Of a stretch of 64,000 nucleotides of DNA, positions 1 through 8,333 are shown one piece after another (within the stretch, counting starts at the first letter, position 1; each line of letters starts with the position of its first letter). The stretch is from an uncultured Clostridia bacterium (lineage in GTDB: Bacteria > Bacillota > Clostridia > Oscillospirales > Acutalibacteraceae), in contig CAMHKB010000001.1 of assembly GCA_946185555.1 (NCBI GenBank), forward strand, positions 7,290 to 71,289, written 5' to 3'. The notes under the pieces were generated by a model, which worked only from the letters and a program-made list of their open reading frames with translations, did no database searches and was not told where the DNA came from. A program made the translations under genes and the position numbers.

Positions 1-93
1 AAGGTAACTTACATACTTTTTCAGAAACGTTGTTTTACCAGAACCCAAAAAACCTGTTATCAGATCAACCTTTATCAATTTCCTTCCCTCCAT
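1..93 (-). CDS. CobW/G3E-family P-loop GTPase, first 31 codons only (gene runs off the left edge)
   Basis: Reverse complement of 1-93 reads MEGRKLIKVDLITGFLGSGKTTFLKKYVSYL from an ATG at 93-91. GFLGSGKTT is the Walker A typical of CobW/HypB/UreG-type GTPases. It is absent from the ORF track because the window edge truncates it. Confidence 0.5.
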   Translation of the reverse strand, partial: MEGRKLIKVDLITGFLGSGKTTFLKKYVSYL

Positions 94-205
94 TGCATTC
101 TGCGTTACAAACTTATTATATCACAAAATCCCTGATATTTCTATAAATAGTTTGCAGTTGTAAGTTTTAAGTTTTAAGTTGTCCAAAGCTCAGAGCCTTG
201 CGAAC

Positions 206-439
206 CTGTCATTCTGAGCGCAGCGAAGAATCTTTTTCATAAAAGTTACCCAGTGTAAAGATTCTTCGCCGCTTAGTTTCCGATAATAACAGGATTCATC
301 GTTACCGGCAAGTCAAAAAACATCCCAACTCTTAACAACACTCCCGCTCCTCAGAATGACAAATGGGGTAACTTTTGAAACAACGAGAGAAAAAAGCCTG
401 ATACGTTAAGCTCTGAGCTCTGCACTCTTTGCTCTTAGC
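206..439. repeat. full-length copy A of a roughly 235-bp modular intergenic repeat
   Basis: Module order: CTGTCATTCTGAGCGCAGCGAAGAATCTTTTTCAT ... AAAGATTCTTCGCCGCTT ... CCGCTCCTCAGAATGACAAATGG ... AAAAAAGCCTGATAC ... AAGCTCTGAGCTCTGCACTCTTTGCTCTTAGC. GTCATTCTGAG (208-218) is complementary to CTCAGAATGAC (351-361). GCGAAGAATCTTT is complementary to AAAGATTCTTCGC. Confidence 0.8.
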
Positions 440-495
440 TTATTGTATTTCAATTCCACTTTCAACTTTCCACATCCCACATTTTAAAAAAGCTT

Positions 496-531
496 CTGCC
501 GTACATACGCAAGTGATACGATGTACGGCAG
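496..531 (-). terminator. intrinsic terminator after yhgE
   Basis: CTGCCGTACAT (496-506) pairs with ATGTACGGCAG (521-531). On the minus strand the hairpin is followed by AAGCTTTTTT. Confidence 0.7.
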
Positions 532-540
532 ATTAAATTA

Positions 541-2703
541 TTAAACTATTATGTCACTTTGTTCAACACGGTCGTTGAAGAAGGTGATTATTTTTATGCA
601 GGGCTTTCTTAGAATAATGCCGACAACCAGCGCAAAGGGAACAAATGCCAAGAGATAGACTACGTTTGTCCAGTATGCTGTACTGTTAACTCCGGCAACA
701 GCCTCTCTCAGGATATTTACCCCGTACTTGAACGGCAGATAGGGCGACACTGCCTGGAAGGATTCCGGAAGAACCTCTATCGGGAATGTTCCGCCCGAAC
801 CGGCTATCTGTATTACAAGAATTATTACTGACAAAGCCTTTCCTATTACGCTGAATGTTATAGTAAGCGAATAGATGATAAGAGTATATACAAAGCTGGA
901 AATAAGCGCGCCCAAAACAAACAGGAATGGATCGTCACATTGTATTTTCAGGAAGAACAGATCTCCAAGGGCTATTATCAATGCCTGTATCTGACCTATG
1001 AAGAAATAGATAAGATACCTGCCGAAATACTGCTGAGTATTTGTCGGCTTTCTGAGCCTTCTGAGTTCGTGCTTTGCAAGATCGGTCTTCATGACGGCTA
1101 CCATAACTATACCGCCTACCCAAAAAGCAAGGGTAGAATAAAACGGCGTCATGCCTGAACCATAATTATCAAGCGGATACTCATGATGCTCCTTTATTGT
1201 AACAGGACTTGACACAAATTCTCCAAGCGCCTCAGGATTCTTTGTGACAGGCTCTATGATATTCTGAATAGAACTGCTGTCTGACATAAGATCAAGCATT
1301 GTGGAATAGGTTTTGAGCTTTTTCTGAGCATTTGTTATAGAGGTTTTAAGAGTCTTGAATTTTTCCTTAGCCTTGTCAACGGATTCAGATGCCTTATCAT
1401 AGGTATTGTCAAGCTCCGGAACTTTTTCATTAAGATTTGTAAGTATTCCTGCCGCCTTATCTATATACTGATAGGATTTGCTGACAGCCGTATTTATCCT
1501 TCCTCTGACGTTTGCAAAGGCTGTTGAGATCGCCGCTGAATCAACTGATGCAGCTGCAATTGCGCTGTCAAGCCTGTTTTGCATTTCAGCAGTTATCGTA
1601 CCGCTTCTTTCAATAGTGTCCGCTATATTGTCAACATTTGACTTGATATCATTCTGACGCTGTACCGCTGTATTTAGTTTATCGATCACCTCAGAACAGT
1701 CTATATCAAGCGTTTCCTCAATATTGGTGAAAACAGTTATTATACGGTTATACACTGAGACTGCTTTATCATTTACCTCTGTAATACCCCTGAATTTATT
1801 TGCTGCCTCTGTGGTGCCGTCTCCTATCTTATCAAAGGCTGCATCCGCTCTTGAAGCAAGCTCAGCGGTATAATTCTGCGCTGCGTTGATAGATGTTTCT
1901 ATAGAATCAGTGATCTGCAAAGCTGCATTCTGTGTTGACGCTATAGAGCGTTTCATTCCGGTTATATTGTTCCGCACGTCAGATATGCTTTTCTTTATCT
2001 GGGGAACCTGATCTTTTCTTGTTTTTATTTCATCCTTCAGCGTATCTGTAGTGTTGATAAAAACATCAATACTTGATTTAAGCTTTTCAAGCTCCTGATC
2101 CGCCTTCTCCATATTATCCGCAAGACTATCTGTAGCCTTATCCTTCGTCTTGTCCAGTGTATCTGTCGCAATATTCAGCGTTGTGGCAATTACCTGTGTT
2201 ATTGTACTTACGTATGTAGAATTTACTGATTCTTCAATTGTCTGTATTCCCTTATCCGTTATCTTAGGAGCGATAGCATTCTTTTTTTCGTTTACATAAT
2301 ATTGCAGTTTAGCCTGCTCAAACTTTCCGGTAGTAAGAGACAGAAGACATTCGCTGAAATCCTTCGGAACAATTACGGCAGCATAATATGTTCCGTCCTT
2401 TACGCCGTCTATTGCCTCTTTTTCACTTACAAAGGTCCAGCCCATTTTGTCGTTCATTTTCAGATTATCTACTATCTGATCGCCGGCGTTTATCTTTATG
2501 CTCTTAAAGCTGTATCCCTTGTCAAGAGAACACACAGCAAAGCTCAGACCGTTTGTACTGGAATATGGATCCCAGTTCGCCGCAATATTGAACCACGCAT
2601 AAAGTGCCGGAAGAATAGATATGCCTATAATAACTATAAACACTATCAGATTTTTCGCAATACTTTTCAGATCATTCAGAAATATTCTGAATATATTTTT
2701 CAT
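541..2703 (-). CDS. YhgE/Pip-domain membrane protein
   Basis: 720-aa ORF. It has an N-terminal TM helix (LIVFIVIIGISILPALYAWFNI), a long Thr/Ala/Asp/Lys-rich coiled-coil-like ectodomain and a C-terminal multi-TM block. This is the YhgE/Pip (ABC-2-like) layout. Confidence 0.75.
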   Translation of the reverse strand: MKNIFRIFLNDLKSIAKNLIVFIVIIGISILPALYAWFNIAANWDPYSSTNGLSFAVCSLDKGYSFKSIKINAGDQIVDNLKMNDKMGWTFVSEKEAIDGVKDGTYYAAVIVPKDFSECLLSLTTGKFEQAKLQYYVNEKKNAIAPKITDKGIQTIEESVNSTYVSTITQVIATTLNIATDTLDKTKDKATDSLADNMEKADQELEKLKSSIDVFINTTDTLKDEIKTRKDQVPQIKKSISDVRNNITGMKRSIASTQNAALQITDSIETSINAAQNYTAELASRADAAFDKIGDGTTEAANKFRGITEVNDKAVSVYNRIITVFTNIEETLDIDCSEVIDKLNTAVQRQNDIKSNVDNIADTIERSGTITAEMQNRLDSAIAAASVDSAAISTAFANVRGRINTAVSKSYQYIDKAAGILTNLNEKVPELDNTYDKASESVDKAKEKFKTLKTSITNAQKKLKTYSTMLDLMSDSSSIQNIIEPVTKNPEALGEFVSSPVTIKEHHEYPLDNYGSGMTPFYSTLAFWVGGIVMVAVMKTDLAKHELRRLRKPTNTQQYFGRYLIYFFIGQIQALIIALGDLFFLKIQCDDPFLFVLGALISSFVYTLIIYSLTITFSVIGKALSVIILVIQIAGSGGTFPIEVLPESFQAVSPYLPFKYGVNILREAVAGVNSTAYWTNVVYLLAFVPFALVVGIILRKPCIKIITFFNDRVEQSDIIV

Positions 2704-2739
2704 ACTTATTTATCCCCCTTTTCAGCGTATGTGAATATA

Positions 2740-3351
2740 TTATTTCTTTCCCTCAGGTTCAGCCGGTGAAGCCTGACTGCTGTTTTCAGCCGGGGTCTGT
2801 TCCGGCTCAGTTTTTACATCAGGCTTTACGTCAGGTTTTACACCAGCGTCCTTTTTTTCCGGTACTTCAGGAGGAGATACCATAACAACATCCTCCTCTT
2901 CATCATTTTCCTCTGCTATCATTTCATAATAGTCAAATTCATCTGCTATTCCGAGAAACTCCTTGAACATATGGTATCTGTATTCCGCCCTTATCATGAC
3001 GGCAACACAGTAAAGAATAGAAATCACCCACAAAACAAGAAATTCTATCTTAGTATCAAGACTGAACATCAGCGCAAGGAAAATAATACCGGTTATAATA
3101 ATGACCAGTGCGCCGTATTTCCTGTAAGCAGTCCTTTTCTGTTTTGAGTTATTATACTCATCAAGCACCATAAGATATGTAAGATGCTCCCTTTCACTCT
3201 GAGACAAAGGAGGTATTGACATATCCTTGCTGTCATATTTTTCATGGAGCGCATCCATTTCGGATTTTTCGTTCGGTGTAAAGCTATCCTTATATTTAGA
3301 AATGTGATTTAAAATATAGGAGTAATCAGATTTCTTTTTTCTCAGCGACAT
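2740..3351 (-). CDS. hypothetical membrane protein with acidic / KPDV-repeat tail
   Basis: 203-aa ORF with two central hydrophobic helices (ALVIIITGIIFLALMF, FLVLWVISILYCVAVMI), then an acidic stretch and KPDVKPDVK low complexity. No family recognised. Confidence 0.5.
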   Translation of the reverse strand: MSLRKKKSDYSYILNHISKYKDSFTPNEKSEMDALHEKYDSKDMSIPPLSQSEREHLTYLMVLDEYNNSKQKRTAYRKYGALVIIITGIIFLALMFSLDTKIEFLVLWVISILYCVAVMIRAEYRYHMFKEFLGIADEFDYYEMIAEENDEEEDVVMVSPPEVPEKKDAGVKPDVKPDVKTEPEQTPAENSSQASPAEPEGKK

Positions 3352-3599
3352 ATTAAGCCTCCCTTACTATACCTTGCTCTAATCAGCATATGTATATTAT
3401 AAAGTTCTTTGTTACATCTGTCAAATAAATAAAAGGTCTTTTCTGACAATTCGATATTAATGGTGAAATGTTTCGTCATTAGCAACAAAACACCCCCAAA
3501 AAATGCAGCAAATATAACAAAGCCAACAAAAAACAGACAGGATGACCTTTCAGCCGATCTTGTCTGTTTTACGCTTTTATTCCCTGCTGTCTTCTTCAA
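3342..3599 (-). CDS. hypothetical small membrane protein
   Basis: 85-aa ORF with one TM helix (CLFFVGFVIFAAFFGGVLLLM). It overlaps its neighbours by 10 nt and 23 nt in operon-like fashion. No family recognised. Confidence 0.3.
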   Translation of the reverse strand: MKKTAGNKSVKQTRSAERSSCLFFVGFVIFAAFFGGVLLLMTKHFTINIELSEKTFYLFDRCNKELYNIHMLIRARYSKGGLICR

Positions 3600-3771
3600 G
3601 ATAATCTTCGTAGTAATTATACTCGTCTATATGCTCGTTATTTGTCTTTCCGTTTGAAGCAAAGGCAAGATAATCCTCTGACGTATCAAATTCATCATCA
3701 GAAGCAGCATAGTCAATGTTCTCCGGATCTAATGTTTCTCCGTGCAGCTTTTTATTTTTCATTTTCCTCAC
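3577..3771 (-). CDS. hypothetical small acidic protein
   Basis: 64-aa Asp/Glu/Tyr-rich ORF, first of three overlapping small ORFs upstream of yhgE. No family recognised. Confidence 0.3.
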   Translation of the reverse strand: MRKMKNKKLHGETLDPENIDYAASDDEFDTSEDYLAFASNGKTNNEHIDEYNYYEDYLEEDSRE

Positions 3772-3831
3772 CAGTTATATTATGCCCGGAGAAAAGCATT
3801 TAATACCTATAGCCGTCAGTTATAAGTTGGA

Positions 3832-3880
3832 AGTTGGAAGTTATCAGTTATAAGTAAAATGTAACTGACAACTTCCAACT
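3832..3880 (-). repeat. GT-rich/AC-rich low-complexity hairpin just 3-prime of metA
   Basis: AGTTGGAAGTTATCAGTTA (3832-3850) pairs with TAACTGACAACTTCCAACT (3862-3880), 18 of 19 positions. It begins 4 nt after the metA stop, and no U-tract follows. Confidence 0.65.
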
Positions 3881-3884
3881 GTTA

Positions 3885-4826
3885 TTATACTTCTTCATCA
3901 AATCCCTTGATATCTGATATATCATAAGGCGTCTGCTGGTATACATAATAGTTCAGCCAGTTTGAATACAATATAGTCGCATAGCTTCTCCATGTAAGGT
4001 TAGGCAGTGCTCTGGGATCATTTCCGGGGAAATAGTTATACGGAAGAGGAGGCTCTATACCTTTATTTCTATCACGGAAATATTCGTTTGCAAGGGTATT
4101 CCTGTCATATTCCGCATGACCGGTAACAAAAAACTGTCTTCCGTTTTTATTTGCGACGATCGCAACGCCTGCTATATTTGAAGAAGCAAGAATTTCAAGC
4201 TCATTATGCTCCCGGATATCAGAACGGTGATTTCCGGTATATCTTGAATGCGGCAGAAGTATTTTATCGTCAAATCCTCTCATAAGCGGATGAAAGGCAT
4301 TCATGACCCTGTGGACATATACGCCTGAAAGCTTTTCGTCAAGCTCAAACTTCGGCACTCCGTAATGATAATAAAGCCCTGCCTGCGCTCCCCAGCAGAT
4401 GTGGAACGTGCTGTAAACATTTGTCTTCGACCATTCCATGATACTGCAAAGCTCCTGCCAGTAGTCAACCTCTTCAAACTCCATCTGTTCTACAGGCGCG
4501 CCTGTGATTATCATGCCGTCATAGCGGTTGTCCTTCACCTGATCGAAGGTCTGGTAAAATGCTGTCAGATGATCTGCCGGAGTATTCTTGTTTTTCGATA
4601 CATGTGTCGCCATTTGCAGAAGCTCAATATCCACCTGGAGAGGACTGTTTCCAAGAAGCCTGAGAAGCTGAGTCTCCGTTTCAATCTTATTAGGCATAAG
4701 ATTGAGTATAAGAATCTTCAATGCTCTGATATCCTGAGACATTGCTCTCTCATCCGTCATTACGAAAATGTTTTCAGCTTCAAGCGTCTTATAGGCCGGA
4801 AGCTGACTTTGAATTTTGATTGGCAT
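3885..4826 (-). CDS. metA: homoserine O-acyltransferase (MetA type)
   Basis: 313-aa [26 protein letters not shown]...[10 protein letters not shown]...[15 protein letters not shown]. This is the full-length MetA/HTS pattern. Confidence 0.9.
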   Translation of the reverse strand: MPIKIQSQLPAYKTLEAENIFVMTDERAMSQDIRALKILILNLMPNKIETETQLLRLLGNSPLQVDIELLQMATHVSKNKNTPADHLTAFYQTFDQVKDNRYDGMIITGAPVEQMEFEEVDYWQELCSIMEWSKTNVYSTFHICWGAQAGLYYHYGVPKFELDEKLSGVYVHRVMNAFHPLMRGFDDKILLPHSRYTGNHRSDIREHNELEILASSNIAGVAIVANKNGRQFFVTGHAEYDRNTLANEYFRDRNKGIEPPLPYNYFPGNDPRALPNLTWRSYATILYSNWLNYYVYQQTPYDISDIKGFDEEV

Positions 4827-4892
4827 ACTAAATTACTTCTTTCTTTTTATTCTTTCCTTTTGTAAAAATATTTGTATATATTGTAGCTAAAT

Positions 4893-5999
4893 TTAATCAA
4901 GAAAATCCTTGAGCTTTTTGCTGCGGCTGGGGTGACGGAGCTTGCGAAGGGCTTTAGCTTCTATCTGCCGGATTCGTTCTCTTGTTACGCTGAACTCTTC
5001 CCCAACCTCTTCAAGAGTTCTTGCACGCCCGTCATCAAGACCGAAACGAAGTCTGAGTACCTTTGCTTCCCTTGGAGTAAGAGTATTGAGTACATCATTA
5101 AGCTGCTCCTTAAGAAGTGTATTTGAAGCTGCGTCCTGAGGTGCAGGCGCGTCATCATCGGGAATGAAATCGCCTAAATGACTGTCTTCCTCTTCACCGA
5201 TCGGCGTTTCAAGGGATACAGGCTCCTGAGACACACGCATTATCTCCCTGACTTTTTCAGCCGGCATTTTCAGATATTCAGCTATTTCCTCCGCTGTCGG
5301 TTCGTGACCTGTTATATGAAGAAGCTGGCTTGACGCTTTCTTTACCTTGTTTATGGTCTCAACCATATGTACAGGTATTCTTATCGTCCTTGCCTGATCT
5401 GCTATGGCACGGGTTATCGCCTGACGTATCCACCATGTAGCGTATGTTGAAAACTTGAATCCTTTTGTATGGTCGAATTTTTCGACTGCCTTTATTAGTC
5501 CTAAATTGCCCTCCTGAATGAGATCGAGAAACTGCATACCTCTTCCAAGATAACGCTTGGCTATACTTACCACCAGTCTGAGGTTGGCTTCAGACAGTCT
5601 TTGTTTCGCCGCTACCTCGCCTCTTGAAATACGTTTGGCAAGATCAGTCTCTTCATCGCCGGTAAGCAGCGGCACTCTGCCTATTTCTTTAAGATAGATT
5701 TTTACCGGATCATCTATAGTTACGCCCTCGGAACTATCGAAACCGTCGTCAGACATACCCTCATTTTCCGCTATAGAAGAAAGCTCGCTGTCGTCAAGAA
5801 TGATATCGTCAAGTGTTTCCACGATCTCTATGCCGTTTGTTTCCAAAGAATCATAGAACCGCTCCATTGCCTCAGCATCAATATCCATTTCTCCTATAGC
5901 ATCAAGTATTTCCTTATTACTAAGATGTCCTTTTGTTTTTCCTAATTCTGTCAGTTCCTTGAGTACTGATTTTCTTTCCGGCTGTACCATATTTGCCAT
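4893..5999 (-). CDS. rpoD: RNA polymerase primary sigma factor, copy 1
   Basis: 368 aa with all sigma-70 regions present: [12 protein letters not shown] (1.2), [18 protein letters not shown] (2.2), [20 protein letters not shown] (2.3/2.4) and [22 protein letters not shown] (4.2). Confidence 0.9.
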   Translation of the reverse strand: MANMVQPERKSVLKELTELGKTKGHLSNKEILDAIGEMDIDAEAMERFYDSLETNGIEIVETLDDIILDDSELSSIAENEGMSDDGFDSSEGVTIDDPVKIYLKEIGRVPLLTGDEETDLAKRISRGEVAAKQRLSEANLRLVVSIAKRYLGRGMQFLDLIQEGNLGLIKAVEKFDHTKGFKFSTYATWWIRQAITRAIADQARTIRIPVHMVETINKVKKASSQLLHITGHEPTAEEIAEYLKMPAEKVREIMRVSQEPVSLETPIGEEEDSHLGDFIPDDDAPAPQDAASNTLLKEQLNDVLNTLTPREAKVLRLRFGLDDGRARTLEEVGEEFSVTRERIRQIEAKALRKLRHPSRSKKLKDFLD

Positions 6000-6060
6000 A
6001 AGTTTATTCCTCCCGAATATTATATATGCCTTCCTTTGTCATAAACAAAGCTATGTTGGA

Positions 6061-7083
6061 TCACCCATTCTGTCCGCCGAGATGCTTCATGGCAGACTGT
6101 TCAAGCTTTTCAGTTTCCTCTATAGTCATTCCCAGCTTTTCTGAGATTTCATCTGCTGACAGCGGCTTCTCATTTTCAAGTCCGAATTTCAGCTTTATCA
6201 GCTTTGCTTCCTCCGGTGACAATACTGCAAGCATCTGTGCCACCTGAGCTGACATTATTCTTTCCTCTTCTGTTTTTTCCGCGCCGGCTTCATCATCTTC
6301 TTCGTCATCGTTTTTATTTATAAGTGAAACAAGCTTTTTCACTTTTTCCTCACTCAGTCCGGTTTCTGCGGAAATATCATCAAGTGAAGGTTTCTTTCCT
6401 TCTGACAGCATTTTCCTGTAAGTGCTGACAGCTTTTGAAAAATCCTCTGCCTGTGATGCCGGAATTTTCAGGGGCTGTTCGCTAGCCTGCGTCATCTTCT
6501 CCATCATCCTGCATATCTTCCATGCGCAGAAAGCAGAAAAACTCAGTCTTGTATCAGTCCAGCTGTCTGCCTCTGTCATAAGGACAAGATTTCCCTCCTG
6601 CACAAGGTCAAGAAAAAGCACACCCTTACCTATATATTTTTCCGCTGCCATAACAGGAACATACAGGCAGCCTTCTATAAGTCTGTTCTTTGCATCCTCG
6701 CTGCCATCCTCGATCTCGTAAAGAAGCTCCCGCTCCGTTGTGCTGTCAAGCCTTTCAAGCCGTGCTGTTTCCTTAAGATAAAGTACTACAGAATTTTCTG
6801 CACCTGTAACAGCCTTTCTTTCGTCTTCACATGATTCCTTTATCTTTTTATCCAGGCTTTTTATGCTTTCATCATTCAAAAAATAATTGCTGTAGAAGCT
6901 TACAGCGTTATCCGCAAGTATGCTTAATATTTCTTTTACCGCATCATCATCAAAATCATATTCCGACAGTCTCATCATTTCATCAACGCTGAGCATATCT
7001 CCGTTTACAGCCGCATTTGAAATAAGTCCTACTGCCGCTGTGTCAATAGCTATTCTTTTGCTCTTCATTCTTTCCTTCTCCAT
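6061..7083 (-). CDS. divergent sigma-70-derived protein (DNA-contact motifs degenerate)
   Basis: 340 aa, colinear with the flanking RpoD copies: VLYLKETARLERL (1.2-like), LDLVQEGNLVLM (2.2-like), FSAFCAWKICRMMEKM in place of [16 protein letters not shown], and MTIEETEKLEQSAMKHL in place of [17 protein letters not shown]. The start lies 2 nt after the upstream rpoD stop. Confidence 0.7.
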   Translation of the reverse strand: MEKERMKSKRIAIDTAAVGLISNAAVNGDMLSVDEMMRLSEYDFDDDAVKEILSILADNAVSFYSNYFLNDESIKSLDKKIKESCEDERKAVTGAENSVVLYLKETARLERLDSTTERELLYEIEDGSEDAKNRLIEGCLYVPVMAAEKYIGKGVLFLDLVQEGNLVLMTEADSWTDTRLSFSAFCAWKICRMMEKMTQASEQPLKIPASQAEDFSKAVSTYRKMLSEGKKPSLDDISAETGLSEEKVKKLVSLINKNDDEEDDEAGAEKTEEERIMSAQVAQMLAVLSPEEAKLIKLKFGLENEKPLSADEISEKLGMTIEETEKLEQSAMKHLGGQNG

Positions 7084-7085
7084 AA

Positions 7086-8171
7086 TTATTTAAGCTTTTT
7101 GCTTCTGCTCGGATGGCGAAGCTTTCTCAGCGCCTTTGCCTCGATCTGACGTATTCTTTCCCTTGTTACGTCAAATTCCTCTCCTACCTCTTCAAGAGTT
7201 CTAGGACGTCCGTCGTCAAGACCAAATCTGAGACGTATTACCTTTTCTTCTCTTGGTGTAAGAGTAGACAGAACAGAATTGAGCTGTTCCTTTAACATTG
7301 CCTGAAGTGCCGCTTCCTGCGGAGTCAATGTGCTCTCATCAGGAATGAAGTCACCCAAATGGCTGTCCTCTTCCTCACCTATTGGTGTTTCAAGGGATAC
7401 AGGCTCCTGTGAAGCCCTCATTGCCTCTTTTATCTTATCCGGGGACATACCTAAATAATCTGCTATATCCTCTGCTGATGGCTCGTGACCGTTCTCATGA
7501 AGCAGCTGTATAGACGCTTTCTTTATTTTGCTGATAGTTTCACCCATATGAACGGGAATACGTATTGTCCTCGACTGATCTGCTATGGCTCTGGTTATCG
7601 CCTGTCTTATCCACCATGTAGCATAGGTTGAAAATTTGAAGCCCTTTGTATGATCGAACTTTTCCACTGCCTTCATCAAACCGAGGTTTCCTTCCTGAAT
7701 CAGATCAAGCAGCTGCATTCCTCTGCCGAGATAACGCTTTGCTATGCTTACAACAAGACGAAGGTTTGCTTCTACAAGACGCTTTTTTGCCTCCTCGTCC
7801 CCTTCAAGGATTTTTTCAGCAACGTCTGATTCTTCACCGGGACTAAGCAGAGGAACCCTTCCTATTTCTTTCAGATATATCCTGACAGGATCATCTGTAC
7901 TTACTGCGGAATCCGGAACGATAAATTCTTCGTCCTCATTTTCCGACAATGTCTGAAGCTCCGGGTCTTCAAGCATAATATCGTCTATCGAATCAACGAT
8001 CTCAACTCCGCTTGATTCAAGCATATTATAAAAGCTTTCCATCTGATCCGGTTCTATATCTATCTCAACCGTTGCGTCAAATATTTCCTTGCTTGTGATC
8101 TGACCTTTATTCTTGCCTATTTCCAGCAGATCCCCCAAGACATTTTTCTTATCCGTTTGCTGATTATTCAT
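7086..8171 (-). CDS. rpoD: RNA polymerase primary sigma factor, copy 2
   Basis: 361 aa. It shares long identical runs with copy 1 ([58 protein letters not shown]). All sigma-70 regions are intact. Confidence 0.9.
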   Translation of the reverse strand: MNNQQTDKKNVLGDLLEIGKNKGQITSKEIFDATVEIDIEPDQMESFYNMLESSGVEIVDSIDDIMLEDPELQTLSENEDEEFIVPDSAVSTDDPVRIYLKEIGRVPLLSPGEESDVAEKILEGDEEAKKRLVEANLRLVVSIAKRYLGRGMQLLDLIQEGNLGLMKAVEKFDHTKGFKFSTYATWWIRQAITRAIADQSRTIRIPVHMGETISKIKKASIQLLHENGHEPSAEDIADYLGMSPDKIKEAMRASQEPVSLETPIGEEEDSHLGDFIPDESTLTPQEAALQAMLKEQLNSVLSTLTPREEKVIRLRFGLDDGRPRTLEEVGEEFDVTRERIRQIEAKALRKLRHPSRSKKLK

Positions 8172-8246
8172 ACATTCCCTCCTGTATATTTCATTGCCTC
8201 ATCTTTTTTTATAAGCTCAGAGCTTGTGCTTTTTATTTGTAATTAA

Positions 8247-8325
8247 TAAGTTGTCAGTTATAAGCTGTCAGTTATAAGTTTTGGGTTAACTCAAGCTTAC
8301 AACTTATAACTCATAACTTACAACT
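8247..8325 (-). repeat. GT-rich/AC-rich low-complexity hairpin between dnaG and rpoD copy 2
   Basis: The left arm TAAGTTGTCAGTTATAAGCTGTCAGTTATAAGTT faces the right arm AAGCTTACAACTTATAACTCATAACTTACAACT. AGTTATAAGTT (8270-8280) pairs perfectly with AACTTATAACT (8303-8313), and a second imperfect helix lies outside it. Confidence 0.65.
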
Positions 8326-8333
8326 ACTAAAAG

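Noticed and set aside
4827-4892. Possible SAM riboswitch or T-box leader for metA
   Set aside because: The spacer between the rpoD stop and the metA start is only 66 nt and AT-rich, which is too short for either element.
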